Source: Terriglobia bacterium (GTDB lineage: Bacteria; Acidobacteriota; Terriglobia; Versatilivoradales; Versatilivoraceae). Taken from it: 64,000 nt of DNA. Of the stretch, positions 27,750 through 37,635 are shown one piece after another. Made by a program: the position numbers and the translations under genes. The stretch is taken from positions 248,161-312,160 of the forward strand of contig OY762429.1 of assembly GCA_963665655.1 (NCBI GenBank), written 5' to 3'. Every line of letters begins with the position of its first letter. The first letter of the stretch is position 1. The notes beneath the pieces are model-generated. The model was not told the origin of the DNA. It was given only the letters and a program-made list of their open reading frames with translations, and searched no databases.

Positions 27750-28724
27750 TCAGTAGGCTGCCAGATGCCTGGCCACGCGGATGACATCCGAGGTCTTGGG
27801 GAGAAAAAACTCTTCCAGCGGCGGGCTGTAGGGGATGGGAGTGTCGGGGGCCGTAATGCGCATGACGGGCCCGTCGAGGTACTCAAAGACCTCTTCCGCA
27901 ATGACCGCGGCCAGTTCTCCCGCGAAGCCGCCGGTCCGAGTGTCTTCGTGCAACAGAATCACTTTTCCGGTCTTTTTGACCGACTCGAGAACCGTTGCCT
28001 TGTCCAGAGGCACCAAGGTGCGCAGATCCACTACTTCCAACTCGACGCCATCTCCGGCCAGGACTCCGGCGGCTTCCAAGGCATTGTGAACCATGGCGCC
28101 GTAGGTGATCACTGAAATATCCCCGCCCGTCCGCTTGATATCGGCCCTGCCAATGGGGACCAGGAACTCTTCGCTCGGAAGCTCCTCCTTGACGCGTCGA
28201 TAGAGGTACTTGTGTTCGAAAAAGAGAACGGGATCTTCATCGCGAACGGCCGACTTGATCAATCCCTTGGCGTCATAGGCGGTAGACGGAGCCACCACCT
28301 TCAATCCCGGCGTATGCACGAAATACATCTCCGGATTCTGAGAGTGGAAGGGACCCCCGTGAATGCCACCCCCTGACGGACCCCGGATCACCAAAGGGAC
28401 TCCGGCTCCCCACCGGTAGCGGCACTTGGCGGCGAAGTTGGTGATCTGGTCAAAAGCACAGGAGATGAAGTCGGCGAACTGCATTTCAGCCACCGGTCGC
28501 ATCCCCATCAGCGCGGCGCCAATGGCTGCCCCTACGATGGCCGATTCACAGAGAGGCGTGTCCATCACACGCTCTTCCCCAAATTGATCCAGAAAGCCGG
28601 CCGTCACCTTGAAGGCTCCGCCATAGACGCCGACATCCTCGCCCAGCACGAAGACGTCTTGGTCTCGAGTCATTTCCTCCCAAAGCCCCTGCCGAATGGC
28701 TTCGACGTAGGATGTGGTCGCCAC
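27750..28724 (-). CDS. 2-oxoacid dehydrogenase E1 beta subunit
   Basis: LGEDVGVYGGAFKVT, DTPLCESAIVG, EMQFADF, GGPFHSQ and VVDLRTLVPLD. Confidence 0.95.
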   Translation of the reverse strand: MATTSYVEAIRQGLWEEMTRDQDVFVLGEDVGVYGGAFKVTAGFLDQFGEERVMDTPLCESAIVGAAIGAALMGMRPVAEMQFADFISCAFDQITNFAAKCRYRWGAGVPLVIRGPSGGGIHGGPFHSQNPEMYFVHTPGLKVVAPSTAYDAKGLIKSAVRDEDPVLFFEHKYLYRRVKEELPSEEFLVPIGRADIKRTGGDISVITYGAMVHNALEAAGVLAGDGVELEVVDLRTLVPLDKATVLESVKKTGKVILLHEDTRTGGFAGELAAVIAEEVFEYLDGPVMRITAPDTPIPYSPPLEEFFLPKTSDVIRVARHLAAY

Positions 28725-28727
28725 GGA

Positions 28728-29753
28728 TTACCTCCAGCGATCGGGAGAAAAAAACGAAGCCGCGAAAGCCAGTGGAGCCTCGACCGACTGGTCAGCATAC
28801 ACTCCCTCCAAAGTCTCCTCGGGGGCCGGGAGCGGATCGCTCTCAGCCAGGCTCACGGCCTGGTCCACTTCCTGGGTGATTCGAGTGGCCATTCCCCTCA
28901 CCTCGCCTTCGCTCATCACCCTGTCCCGAATCAGGCGGGTCTCCCACCGCAGAATGGGGTCCTTCTTGCTCCACTCTTCGAATAGCTCCTTGGGCACGTA
29001 CCTGGCGTCATCGTGGGCGGAGTGACCCGTCATGCGGAAGGTCTTGCATTCGATCAGGCTGGGGCCGCCACCGTTGCGGGCCAACTCCACGGCCTCCCGG
29101 GTCGCCTCATGGACGGCCAGCACATCGTTCCCATCCACCGTGACGCCCGGCATGGCGTAGCCTTGGGCTCGAAGAGAGATATCCCGTACGGGCATTTGCT
29201 TTTCCAGGGGCGTGGAGTAGGCGTACTGGTTGTTGTTGCAAAGGAAGACGACCGGCACCCTCTGCACCGCCGCCAGATTCAGTCCCTCGTGCCAGTCCCC
29301 CCGGCTGGTGGCTCCGTCCCCGAAATAGCAGAGCACCACATTCCGCTGCCGCCGCATCTTGTACGCCAGGGCAATGCCGGCGGCGACCGGAACGGTATCG
29401 GCCAACATACTGACGAAGGCCACGATCTTGTGACGCATGTCGCCCATGTGCATGTTGGCTTCCTTGCCCCGGGTCACCCCCGTCTTTTTCCCCATGTACT
29501 GGGCCAGCACCTCGCGTGCGGACAGGCCACGAATCAGAAAAGCCCCCATGTCCCGGTGGGACGGACAGATGCAATCGTCCTGCTCCAACTGGATGGAGGA
29601 GCCTACGGAAATCGCTTCCTGGCCCCGTCCCACGTAGACGCCTCCCACAATCTTGCCTTGACGGTAAAGCTTTCGTTCTATCCTGGATTCGATCTCACGG
29701 GACAGTTTCATGTAGTAGAGCATGTCCCGGCACACCTTCTTGTCAGGCAGCAT
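28728..29753 (-). CDS. 2-oxoacid dehydrogenase E1 alpha subunit
   Basis: GRGQEA, SHRD, TPP-binding GDGATSRGDWHEGLN...NNQYAYST, RMTGHSAHDD. Confidence 0.95.
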   Translation of the reverse strand: MLPDKKVCRDMLYYMKLSREIESRIERKLYRQGKIVGGVYVGRGQEAISVGSSIQLEQDDCICPSHRDMGAFLIRGLSAREVLAQYMGKKTGVTRGKEANMHMGDMRHKIVAFVSMLADTVPVAAGIALAYKMRRQRNVVLCYFGDGATSRGDWHEGLNLAAVQRVPVVFLCNNNQYAYSTPLEKQMPVRDISLRAQGYAMPGVTVDGNDVLAVHEATREAVELARNGGGPSLIECKTFRMTGHSAHDDARYVPKELFEEWSKKDPILRWETRLIRDRVMSEGEVRGMATRITQEVDQAVSLAESDPLPAPEETLEGVYADQSVEAPLAFAASFFSPDRWR

Positions 29754-29802
29754 AGATCTTGCTCTCCCAGTTCAACCTCTCAACCTGCACCGCTGGGCGG
29801 CT

Positions 29803-30630
29803 TCACTGTCGGTTCGGGCAGTCCGACTCGTTCGGCCGGGTTTCAATCAAGGTCTCCTCCCCGTCGGCAACCCGAAAGGACCGTCCGAACGCCCGTGTGA
29901 AATGGCGAATGAAGCGGGAGCGCACTTCCGACAGCTCCAGCGGCCGGCCCAGTTGAGCCGCCATGGAGGTGACGCCGCGGCCAATCAGGCCGCACGGGAC
30001 TATCAAATCGAAATACCGCAGGTCGGTGTTCACATTCAAGGCCAACCCGTGGGAGGTAACCCAACTGCTGGTTCGGACCCCGATCGCCCCTATCTTGCGA
30101 CCCTCAACCCAAACACCGGTAGCGCCGGGCAGAGTCTCGGAAAGAATCCCGAAGTCCAACAGCATTTTCACCAGGCAGTGCTCCAGCGTGCGCAGGTATC
30201 GGTGAATGTCCCTGTGCCACGCTTTCAAATCCAATACAGGGTAGACCACCAGTTGTCCGGGACCGTGGTAGGTGATGTCTCCGCCGCGACCGGCAGGGTA
30301 AACTCGCACGCCCCGCTTGCGAAGTTCCTTCGGGCCGGCCAGCAGATGCGCTCTCTTCCCTCCCCTTCCCAGAGTGATGATCGGGGGATAGTCGACAAAC
30401 AGCAGACAGTCAGGAAGGAATCCGCACTTTCGCCGCGCAACAATCCGGTCCTGGATCCTCAGGCTCTCTTCATAGTCGCGGAACCCCAGATCGAGCCCCA
30501 GACAGACAGGTTCAGTGTCCCTTGGCGCCCCCTCCAGGCGCGACCCCTGAAGGGCCGCCGGTGGAACTGACACCGCCATACCGGCACTGAATTCCGGAGA
30601 GGGAGCCGCACTTTCGCCGGCCGATTCCAT
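29803..30630 (-). CDS. lipB: lipoyl(octanoyl) transferase
   Basis: ITLGR, GRGGDITYHGPGQLVVYP, RKIGAIGV, TSHGLALNV, IVPCG. Confidence 0.95.
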   Translation of the reverse strand: MESAGESAAPSPEFSAGMAVSVPPAALQGSRLEGAPRDTEPVCLGLDLGFRDYEESLRIQDRIVARRKCGFLPDCLLFVDYPPIITLGRGGKRAHLLAGPKELRKRGVRVYPAGRGGDITYHGPGQLVVYPVLDLKAWHRDIHRYLRTLEHCLVKMLLDFGILSETLPGATGVWVEGRKIGAIGVRTSSWVTSHGLALNVNTDLRYFDLIVPCGLIGRGVTSMAAQLGRPLELSEVRSRFIRHFTRAFGRSFRVADGEETLIETRPNESDCPNRQ

Positions 30631-30836
30631 TCTGATCCCGTCAGATAGAGTTCAAATGAGAGTTGCCGAACTCCCTTCCCAGGCCCGATTGCGACCGGAG
30701 GATCCGGTCGAATCAGACCGAGACGCAGCCACACGGCAGGCAGAACCTGCCAACGCGGATCTAGTACTATATAACAATTGAATTCACTAGACCAGACCGC
30801 AGCCGGCAGGGTGATCCCACGCTACCCCCTCCCACT

Positions 30837-30953
30837 GTAGGGGCAACCCTTGTGGTTGCCCGTCGTTCGCATTCGCCCGGTTATCCCCGGTTTGGGTACC
30901 CACAAGGGAGGCCCGTACGGTAGGGTTTGGGCAACCACAAGGGTTGCCCCTAC
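30837..30953. repeat. GTAG-type REP cluster (BIME-like)
   Basis: GTAGGGGCAACCCTTGTGGTTGCCC (30837-30861) and its perfect reverse complement (30929-30953), with a degenerate third copy at 30894-30918. Confidence 0.85.
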
Positions 30954-31059
30954 GGTCCCAATCGGAATCCGGGCGGGATTCGGGACCCTTGACCCCCATG
31001 TCCCCTGAATCTGGTAGCGTGGGATCACCCTGCCGCAGCCGGGGCACACGAAAGGGACA

Positions 31060-32016
31060 CTACAGCGGCAGCTCCCTCCCCAGGCCCCGCTTCCTGGCTT
31101 CCCGGTATACAATGATCGCCGTAGCCATGTCATCCAGGGCAATTCCCAGGTTGATGCAGAACGTTCGCTCGTCCTCCCTTTGCCGACCGGGTTTCCCGCC
31201 GGCCAGAATCTCTCCCAGGTCGGCATAGGCTTGGGGTGTCTGACTGAAATACCCCTGTCCGCGGTAATACTCCAATTGTTGGGTGTCGTCGGTCGCCAGT
31301 TTGTCGGCCTCAGCCAAGGCGCCGCCTTGCCAATAGGAATCGAAGTCGACAGCACTTGCAAAGGAGCCCGGGCGCAACCACCCCGGTTCAATCACGGGAT
31401 TGGGATTCCTGAGTATGGGACCACTGGTCACCACCAGATCGGCCCCCACGCATTCCCTGGGCGTGCGGACGGCTTCGATGTCCAACCGCAACCGCCGTCC
31501 CATCTCCGCGGCGAAGCGCTGAGCAATCTCAGGATGGATATCGTAGGCCCTGACCCGACGCAGATCGAATACTGCCGCCAGCGCTTCCAGATTGCTGCGT
31601 CCCTGCACGCCACAGGCGATGATTCCCGCGGTGACGCTATCGGGTCTGGCCAACTGCTTGGCGGCAACCGCAGTTGCGGCGCCCGTTCTCTGGGCGGTAA
31701 TCCAAGTGGCATCCATCAGTGAAATGGGAATTCCCGTATCGGGGTCATTGAGAATCAGGAGTCCGGAAATGTATGGCAGGCCCTTGGCCTGATTGTCGGG
31801 ATAACCCGAAATCCACTTGATTCCGGCTGCCGACAGGCTGGGAATGTAGGCGGGCATGGCGTGAATGAATGCATCCCTTCGGGGATGAATACCCGGCTTG
31901 GGAGGCATTTCGACTTTCCCCTGTCCTTTCTCGATAAACATGGCTTCCAATGCAGCGATGATATCGGACATGGGCAGGTCGACAGCTTCGACATCGGCAC
32001 GGGAAAGATAGAGCAT
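31060..32016 (-). CDS. ornithine cyclodeaminase / mu-crystallin family protein
   Basis: EMPPK, HAMPAY, GIKWISGYPDN, ITAQRTGAATAVAA, IIACGVQG Rossmann motif, GLALDD-like GIALDD. ATG 32016 after GAGGA. Confidence 0.92.
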   Translation of the reverse strand: MLYLSRADVEAVDLPMSDIIAALEAMFIEKGQGKVEMPPKPGIHPRRDAFIHAMPAYIPSLSAAGIKWISGYPDNQAKGLPYISGLLILNDPDTGIPISLMDATWITAQRTGAATAVAAKQLARPDSVTAGIIACGVQGRSNLEALAAVFDLRRVRAYDIHPEIAQRFAAEMGRRLRLDIEAVRTPRECVGADLVVTSGPILRNPNPVIEPGWLRPGSFASAVDFDSYWQGGALAEADKLATDDTQQLEYYRGQGYFSQTPQAYADLGEILAGGKPGRQREDERTFCINLGIALDDMATAIIVYREARKRGLGRELPL

Positions 32017-32144
32017 GGCCAATTCCTCGGGATTTGGAGGGCTGGTGTCGCGCTTCGGATCGGCTTGAAGCCTCAACGGGCGGATAGGTAAACTACCATG
32101 GCAGCCTGCGAGGCGTCTAATGCCACCTCCAGCCCCCCGATTGC

Positions 32145-33083
32145 ATGCTGACTGAACCGATCCGCGACGACCGAGCCTGGACCCGCCAAACCGTTGGAGA
32201 AGAACCATCCTGGACGGCACAGCTTCCAGCGAGCTGGCTGGACTCCGCCGGCGACCTGCTTGCCGGTTACGAGAAAGATCCCGGCCGGACGGTCACTGCC
32301 CTGCCGGTCCCGCCCGGGGGCGGGAGCGGCGACTGGCAATCCCTGCAAGCCACCCTTGACCGGGGTCGAGGTTTCGTGGTGCTGGATGGCATTCCCGTGG
32401 ATCGCTGGTCTCCGAGCCGGGCCCGGGCGCTGTTCTGGCTGCTGGGCCTCAGGTTCGGTCGCCCGGTGACCCAGGATGTTGCGGGAACACTTCTTTTCGA
32501 TGTCAAGGACAAGGGATACGACGTAACCCAGGGCGCTCGCTTCTCCGGAACCACCGTTGAGAGCAGTTTCCATACTGACAACGCCTTCGGTGAGACGGTT
32601 CCGAACCTGGTGGGCCTACTCTGTCTGCGCCCCGCCCTCGAGGGGGGCCAATCCCAATTGATAAGCGCCCTCACCCTGCACAATCGCCTGCTCGACCGGC
32701 ACGCCGACCTGCTGACCTGCCTCTACCAGCCCTTTTGCTTCGATCGCAGGGGGGAATTCCTCCAGGGCGAATCGCCGGTATCCCGGCACCCCGTATTCTC
32801 CTGGGCATCCGGCGAGCTCACCATGCGCTACCTGCATTACTATATTGAAGTCGGCCACCGGAAGGCCGGCCACCCCCTCAGCCAGCGCCAATTCCGGGCC
32901 CTGGAGGTCCTGAAAGAGCTGTTGAGGCTCCCCGAGCTTCGAGTCGAGTTCCGGCTGCGATCCGGACAGGTTCTGCTGACAAACAACCACTGGATCCTCC
33001 ATAACCGCACCGGGTTCGAGGATTCGCCCCGGCCGCAGGAACGCAGGCACTTTGTCCGACTGTGGCTCTCAAGAAGAAGATAG
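32145..33083 (+). CDS. TauD/TfdA family Fe(II)/2-oxoglutarate dioxygenase
   Basis: GRGFVVLDG, FHTD (HxD), GLLCLRPALEGGQS, NNHWILHNRTGF and RHFVRLWL. Confidence 0.9.
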   Translation: MLTEPIRDDRAWTRQTVGEEPSWTAQLPASWLDSAGDLLAGYEKDPGRTVTALPVPPGGGSGDWQSLQATLDRGRGFVVLDGIPVDRWSPSRARALFWLLGLRFGRPVTQDVAGTLLFDVKDKGYDVTQGARFSGTTVESSFHTDNAFGETVPNLVGLLCLRPALEGGQSQLISALTLHNRLLDRHADLLTCLYQPFCFDRRGEFLQGESPVSRHPVFSWASGELTMRYLHYYIEVGHRKAGHPLSQRQFRALEVLKELLRLPELRVEFRLRSGQVLLTNNHWILHNRTGFEDSPRPQERRHFVRLWLSRRR

Positions 33084-33150
33084 CCTGACCCGGCCTGTCA
33101 GATTCCTTGAGGGAAACCACAACGACAAATGGAACAAGCACCGTGAAAAC

Positions 33151-33237
33151 TGGATTTTGGATTGTTGATTTCTGATTTGATTGGCGGGCAATGACCACTG
33201 GTATAACCGCAGATCAAGAGTCGAAAATCCCAAGTCA
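33151..33237. repeat. degenerate heptamer repeats in loose inverted arrangement
   Basis: TGGATTT TGGATTG TTGATTT CTGATTT (33151-78) and a partly complementary AAAATCC CAAGTCA (33224-37). Confidence 0.45.
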
Positions 33238-33463
33238 GCACTGTCCCGTTCAAAGTACGAGTTAGTGGTGTAAATATCTGTGAGACATGAAGTTATAGTT
33301 GTTTGCGATCGTTTTCGATTTGGATGTAACGCCGCTCAATCAACAATTCATTCGTTATCACTCTGGCACACAGCCTCGCTGGAAATTCGACCCGCCAGGG
33401 TTCCTGAACAACGTTTTGCCGTGAATTGACATCGAAGCTGGTAAACCACACGCGGAGACTGGT

Positions 33464-34960
33464 TTGTCTATCCGAAAATCGGGTATGCTGGCTTCCATGG
33501 GCGAAAATCCTTGTTGCTCAGGTCTAGCTCGAATAGCCAAGGTGCTTCTGCTGGTCTTTCTTGCCACCTGCTGGCTGGTTCCGACCGTTTGGACCCATCA
33601 GGCCGACCAGCCCCTCTCCTGGAACGAACTCAAGCACCTGATTCAGCAATTCCAGCAAAGACAGGTCTCCGAGGATCGGATCCTCTATCTCATCGGGGAG
33701 CGCAGGGTCGGTTTCCGCGTCGACAAGTCGGTCAGAAAGGCCCTGAAACGACTGGGGGCCACCCGCCTGATTGTGAAGGCCGTAGCCCGCCACGCACAGG
33801 TTTCCCTGCAAGACCGCAAGGCCGGCGCCGATGAAAGTCCACCCAGGCAAGCTCCCGTTAAACCGAAGCAGGGCCAAGAGGCGGCAAGCGGGGCCGATGA
33901 TCTCTACACGCTCTCGGTGGACGTGGACTTGGTCAATGTCAACGTGGTGGTGACCGACGCCAACGGACGATACCTGACCTACCTGACCAAGGAAAACTTC
34001 CGGATCTACGAGGACCGGGTCGAGCAGCAAATCACTCACTTCTCCCCGGTGGACACCCCCTTCGCCGTGGGACTGCTCCTGGACACCAGCAACAGCACCA
34101 TTAACCGGTTGGAACAAATCCAGGACGAAGCCATTCGCTTCATCGATCAGATTCATGACGACGACGACGTGCTGGTCATCTCCTTCGACGATGACGTGCA
34201 CCTGGATAGTGACTTTACCCGCAGCAAGCGAGCCACCGAACGCGCCATCAAAGGAACTCGTACGGGGGGATCCACCCAGCTCTATGAAGCCGTCTACCTC
34301 GCCCTGCAGCAGAAGCTCCGTCCCCGGCGGGAGCGCAAGGCCATGGTGCTCTTCACCGATGGCGTCGACACCGCAAGCCCCACTTCTACGCAGGGTGAAA
34401 CCATCGAGCTGGCCAAAGAGGCGGATACTCTCATCTACCCGATCTTTTTCGACACCCGCTACGACAGGGGTCGCATGTCCCGCAACCCGAGACCGCCCTC
34501 CAGGAGGGGAGGCGGCACCATAGGTATTCCGACCGGCGGGGGTCAGGTCGGGTTGCCGACCGGTGGGGGTACTGTCGGGCTGCCGACCGGTCGGGGAAGG
34601 GTCGGATTGCCTGTGCCTTCTCGCCGCCCAACTTCTCGCCGCCTGCCTCCACCAACCCGCGCACCCCGATTCCCCACCGGCGTCGGCCTCGGCCGCAGTG
34701 ACGCGGAATTTGACCAGGGCCGCGAGTATCTGCAACAGTTGGCAGAGGTCACTGGGGGCACCCTTTACGTCTCCGAGGGCCTCCGCAACCTGGGCGATGC
34801 TTTCCAAGAAATTGCCGCCGAGCTGAGCAGCCAATACAGCCTGGCCTACAGTCCCACCAACAAGACAAGAGACGGCACGTTTCGCCGGATCAAGATCGAG
34901 ACCGACATCCCCAATGTCATCGTCAGAGCCAAGCGCGGCTACTACAGCCGACCCCGCTAG
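33464..34960 (+). CDS. Acidobacterial-type VWA domain protein with extra N-terminal helical domain (start uncertain)
   Basis: TLSVDVDLVNVNVVVTD, FRIYEDRVEQQITHF, MIDAS LLDTSNST, TQLYEAV, LFTDGVD, LSSQYSLAY and DGTFRRI...RAKRGYY. Confidence 0.92.
   Translation: MSIRKSGMLASMGENPCCSGLARIAKVLLLVFLATCWLVPTVWTHQADQPLSWNELKHLIQQFQQRQVSEDRILYLIGERRVGFRVDKSVRKALKRLGATRLIVKAVARHAQVSLQDRKAGADESPPRQAPVKPKQGQEAASGADDLYTLSVDVDLVNVNVVVTDANGRYLTYLTKENFRIYEDRVEQQITHFSPVDTPFAVGLLLDTSNSTINRLEQIQDEAIRFIDQIHDDDDVLVISFDDDVHLDSDFTRSKRATERAIKGTRTGGSTQLYEAVYLALQQKLRPRRERKAMVLFTDGVDTASPTSTQGETIELAKEADTLIYPIFFDTRYDRGRMSRNPRPPSRRGGGTIGIPTGGGQVGLPTGGGTVGLPTGRGRVGLPVPSRRPTSRRLPPPTRAPRFPTGVGLGRSDAEFDQGREYLQQLAEVTGGTLYVSEGLRNLGDAFQEIAAELSSQYSLAYSPTNKTRDGTFRRIKIETDIPNVIVRAKRGYYSRPR
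34529..34609 (+). repeat. 27-bp coding tandem repeat (PTGGGxVGL) x3
   Basis: CCGACCGGCGGGGGTCAGGTCGGGTTG, CCGACCGGTGGGGGTACTGTCGGGCTG and CCGACCGGTCGGGGAAGGGTCGGATTG. Confidence 0.8.
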
Positions 34961-35124
34961 CATAAAATCCCCTTTTTGACCCTCCGTGGTTCTTCAAGGA
35001 TCCCCTTGGGGAAAGAAGTGCGCCGTTCTCCACACCGCCGGAATGGATAGCCGGCCGGGTCGGGTGGACGCCTCCATTGACCTTATACAGCCTGTCAATC
35101 CACAATGGCGGCAAAGGATTTCTC

Positions 35125-37635
35125 ATGACAAGGCTGAAACGGGTCACCATGGGATGCTTGGAGTTGCGACTGGCGACAGGTGTCGGAGCCGTGCTCCTCT
35201 GCCTTGTGGAACCGGTGATGGCGCAGGTGGTCGTGAGCGGGACCGTCACCGATCAAGGCTTGAACCCCATCCAGGAGGTCAGTCTCCTCATCGAGAACAG
35301 CGGCGGTCCGGGTGCAGAGGCAACCACCCGTTCCAATGAACAGGGGACCTTCAGCTTCAACCTGGTTCGAGCCGGGAGGTATCTCCTCCAGGCGAACCAT
35401 GGCGACTACTACCCGATCGAGGACAAACCCCTGGATTTGATCACCGGGGTGAATCTCGTCAACATCGAGCTCATCTCCCTGGAGGAGTCTCGAATCACGG
35501 TCAATGTCTACCCGGAAGACCATCTGTCGGTGGAGCAGGTCGCCATGTCGCAGGCCCTGGAGGAACGGGAAATCGACTCCATCCCCGTAACCCGCTCAAC
35601 CAAGCTTCGAATTCAAGGCGCAGCCGCGGTCTTGCCGGGCGTTTTGAGGGATCCGAAGGGGGACTTGCACTTTCATGGAAGCTCGGTGCAAGAGATGAAC
35701 TGGTCCTTGGATGGATTCAACCTGTCCGATCCTGCCTCGGGAAAGCTGGAGATGGGGCTGGGTGCGGAATCGGTCAAATCCCTGGATCTGTTTTCCGGGC
35801 GCTATTCGGCCGAGTTCGGCAAGGGGACGGGCGGTACCATGGTCCTCAATTCCCGAATGGGAAACGACCAGTTCAGCCAGCGGTTCACCAACTTCGTTCC
35901 CGGGATCGAATTTACCCGGGGACTCCGATTCCGCGACTGGAGACCCCGCCACAATTTCTCCGGCCCCATCCTCAAGAATCGCGCCTGGTTCTTCAACAGC
36001 CTGGATCTCCTCTATGAGGAAAACATCATCCCCGAACTGCCGGTCGGCCGGGACCGTCACGTATCCTGGGCCGTCAACAACAGCTTGCGAGTTCAAGCCA
36101 AGCTCACGCCCCGACACACGTTGAGCTCAGGGTTCGTAGTGGACTATCTCAACGCGCCCAAATCGGGTCTTTCTCCCCTGAACCCGCTGGAGACCACCCT
36201 GGACAGGCGAGCCCGCAGGTATTTCTTCAATCTCAAGGATCAGTGGGTACTATCCCCTGAAAGTATCCTGGAATTCGGTTATGCGGCCTACCGCTCGATC
36301 AACCGGCAGGTCCCTCAGGGAAGCCAGACCTACCGGATCACCTCCTTTGAGAGAGGCGGTAACTTCCCCATCGACACCTTGCATATCAGCAGCCGCGACC
36401 AGTGGCGAGCCGATCTGTTCAGTCCCCGTTGGGACTGGCTCGGACAACACCGGACCAAGGTAGGAGCCAATCTCGACTATTCACGATATTTCCAGGACAT
36501 CCGGCGGTCCGCCATCGAATATTTTCGCCTGGACGGAACCCGGTCAAGCAGGCTGTCCTTCGGCGGCAGCGGCGAATTCAGTGAATGGAACCTGGAAACT
36601 GCCGCCTACCTGCAGGACCGGTGGGCCATCCAACCGCGCCTGGTGGCGGAGTTGGGACTGCGCTGGGATTGGGACCGCGTTGTTTCCCGCGGCGTGGTTA
36701 CCCCCAGATTCAGCCTGGCTTTTATGCCTGTCGGACTTGACAGCACCAAGTTCTCGGCCGGCTTTGGCTGGATTCCGGCCACCACCTACTTCCGGGTCTT
36801 CACTCGCCATAGAGATCAATATTCCATCTTTACCGACTTCGCTTCGGACGGCATCACTCCGCTACGACCTCTCAACGTCAGATTCTTCACACTGGACCGA
36901 TCCCTGCTCACCATCCCCCGGACACAGAATCTGAGCGCCGGCTGGCAACAGAAGCTGCCGTACGACACCGATCTCAACCTCAATTACTTGCGCAAGAAGA
37001 TGCGGAACGGATATGCACAGGTCCCCGTCTCAGTCCGAATGATCCAGGACGATCGCCTCCCTCCCGAGAGTCGGACCATCCACTATCAACTGCAGAACTT
37101 CAGGGAGAACACCTATGACTCGGTAGAGATCTCTCTGAGCAGACTGTTCCGGGCGCACCACCGCTGGTTCCTGAGCTACACCTATTCGCGAGCCCGCTCC
37201 AATGCCGCTCTGGACCTGGATACTGACGACCCCGTCCTGTTTTCCGACATCTCGGGCCGACCGTCCTGGGATGTACCCCACCGACTGGTGTCCTGGGCAT
37301 CCTTCCCTATCGGGGAAAAGACTTCGGTGGCCCTCTTTGCCGAATGGCGTGACGGATTTCCCTTCAGCATCCATGACGATAACGGCAAACAGGTGGGCCG
37401 AATCAACAGCTGGAGACTTCCCCGGCATTTCAACCTGAACATCCACGTCCAGAGAACATTGACCTTCCTGGGACATCAGTGGTCGCTGCGCCCCGGGGTG
37501 GATAACGTGAACAATCGACCCAACTACAACCTGGTCAACAACAACATCGATTCTCCCCAATTCCACAATCTCTTCGGGCGATCCCCCAGAAAGCTGGTCG
37601 TTCGACTACGCTGGCTGGGCAAGGCAGAGAACTGA
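35125..37635 (+). CDS. TonB-dependent receptor-like outer membrane protein with carboxypeptidase-regulatory-like N-domain
   Basis: ATG after AAGGA. VSGTVTDQ N-domain, LPGV...WSLDGFNLSDP, GRYSAEFGKGTGG plug-like motif, YLQDRW, LGLRWD, C-terminal PRKLVVRLRW. Confidence 0.88.
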   Translation: MTRLKRVTMGCLELRLATGVGAVLLCLVEPVMAQVVVSGTVTDQGLNPIQEVSLLIENSGGPGAEATTRSNEQGTFSFNLVRAGRYLLQANHGDYYPIEDKPLDLITGVNLVNIELISLEESRITVNVYPEDHLSVEQVAMSQALEEREIDSIPVTRSTKLRIQGAAAVLPGVLRDPKGDLHFHGSSVQEMNWSLDGFNLSDPASGKLEMGLGAESVKSLDLFSGRYSAEFGKGTGGTMVLNSRMGNDQFSQRFTNFVPGIEFTRGLRFRDWRPRHNFSGPILKNRAWFFNSLDLLYEENIIPELPVGRDRHVSWAVNNSLRVQAKLTPRHTLSSGFVVDYLNAPKSGLSPLNPLETTLDRRARRYFFNLKDQWVLSPESILEFGYAAYRSINRQVPQGSQTYRITSFERGGNFPIDTLHISSRDQWRADLFSPRWDWLGQHRTKVGANLDYSRYFQDIRRSAIEYFRLDGTRSSRLSFGGSGEFSEWNLETAAYLQDRWAIQPRLVAELGLRWDWDRVVSRGVVTPRFSLAFMPVGLDSTKFSAGFGWIPATTYFRVFTRHRDQYSIFTDFASDGITPLRPLNVRFFTLDRSLLTIPRTQNLSAGWQQKLPYDTDLNLNYLRKKMRNGYAQVPVSVRMIQDDRLPPESRTIHYQLQNFRENTYDSVEISLSRLFRAHHRWFLSYTYSRARSNAALDLDTDDPVLFSDISGRPSWDVPHRLVSWASFPIGEKTSVALFAEWRDGFPFSIHDDNGKQVGRINSWRLPRHFNLNIHVQRTLTFLGHQWSLRPGVDNVNNRPNYNLVNNNIDSPQFHNLFGRSPRKLVVRLRWLGKAEN

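Noticed and set aside
33524-34963. 479-aa minus-strand ORF
   Set aside because: Exact antisense shadow of the VWA gene.
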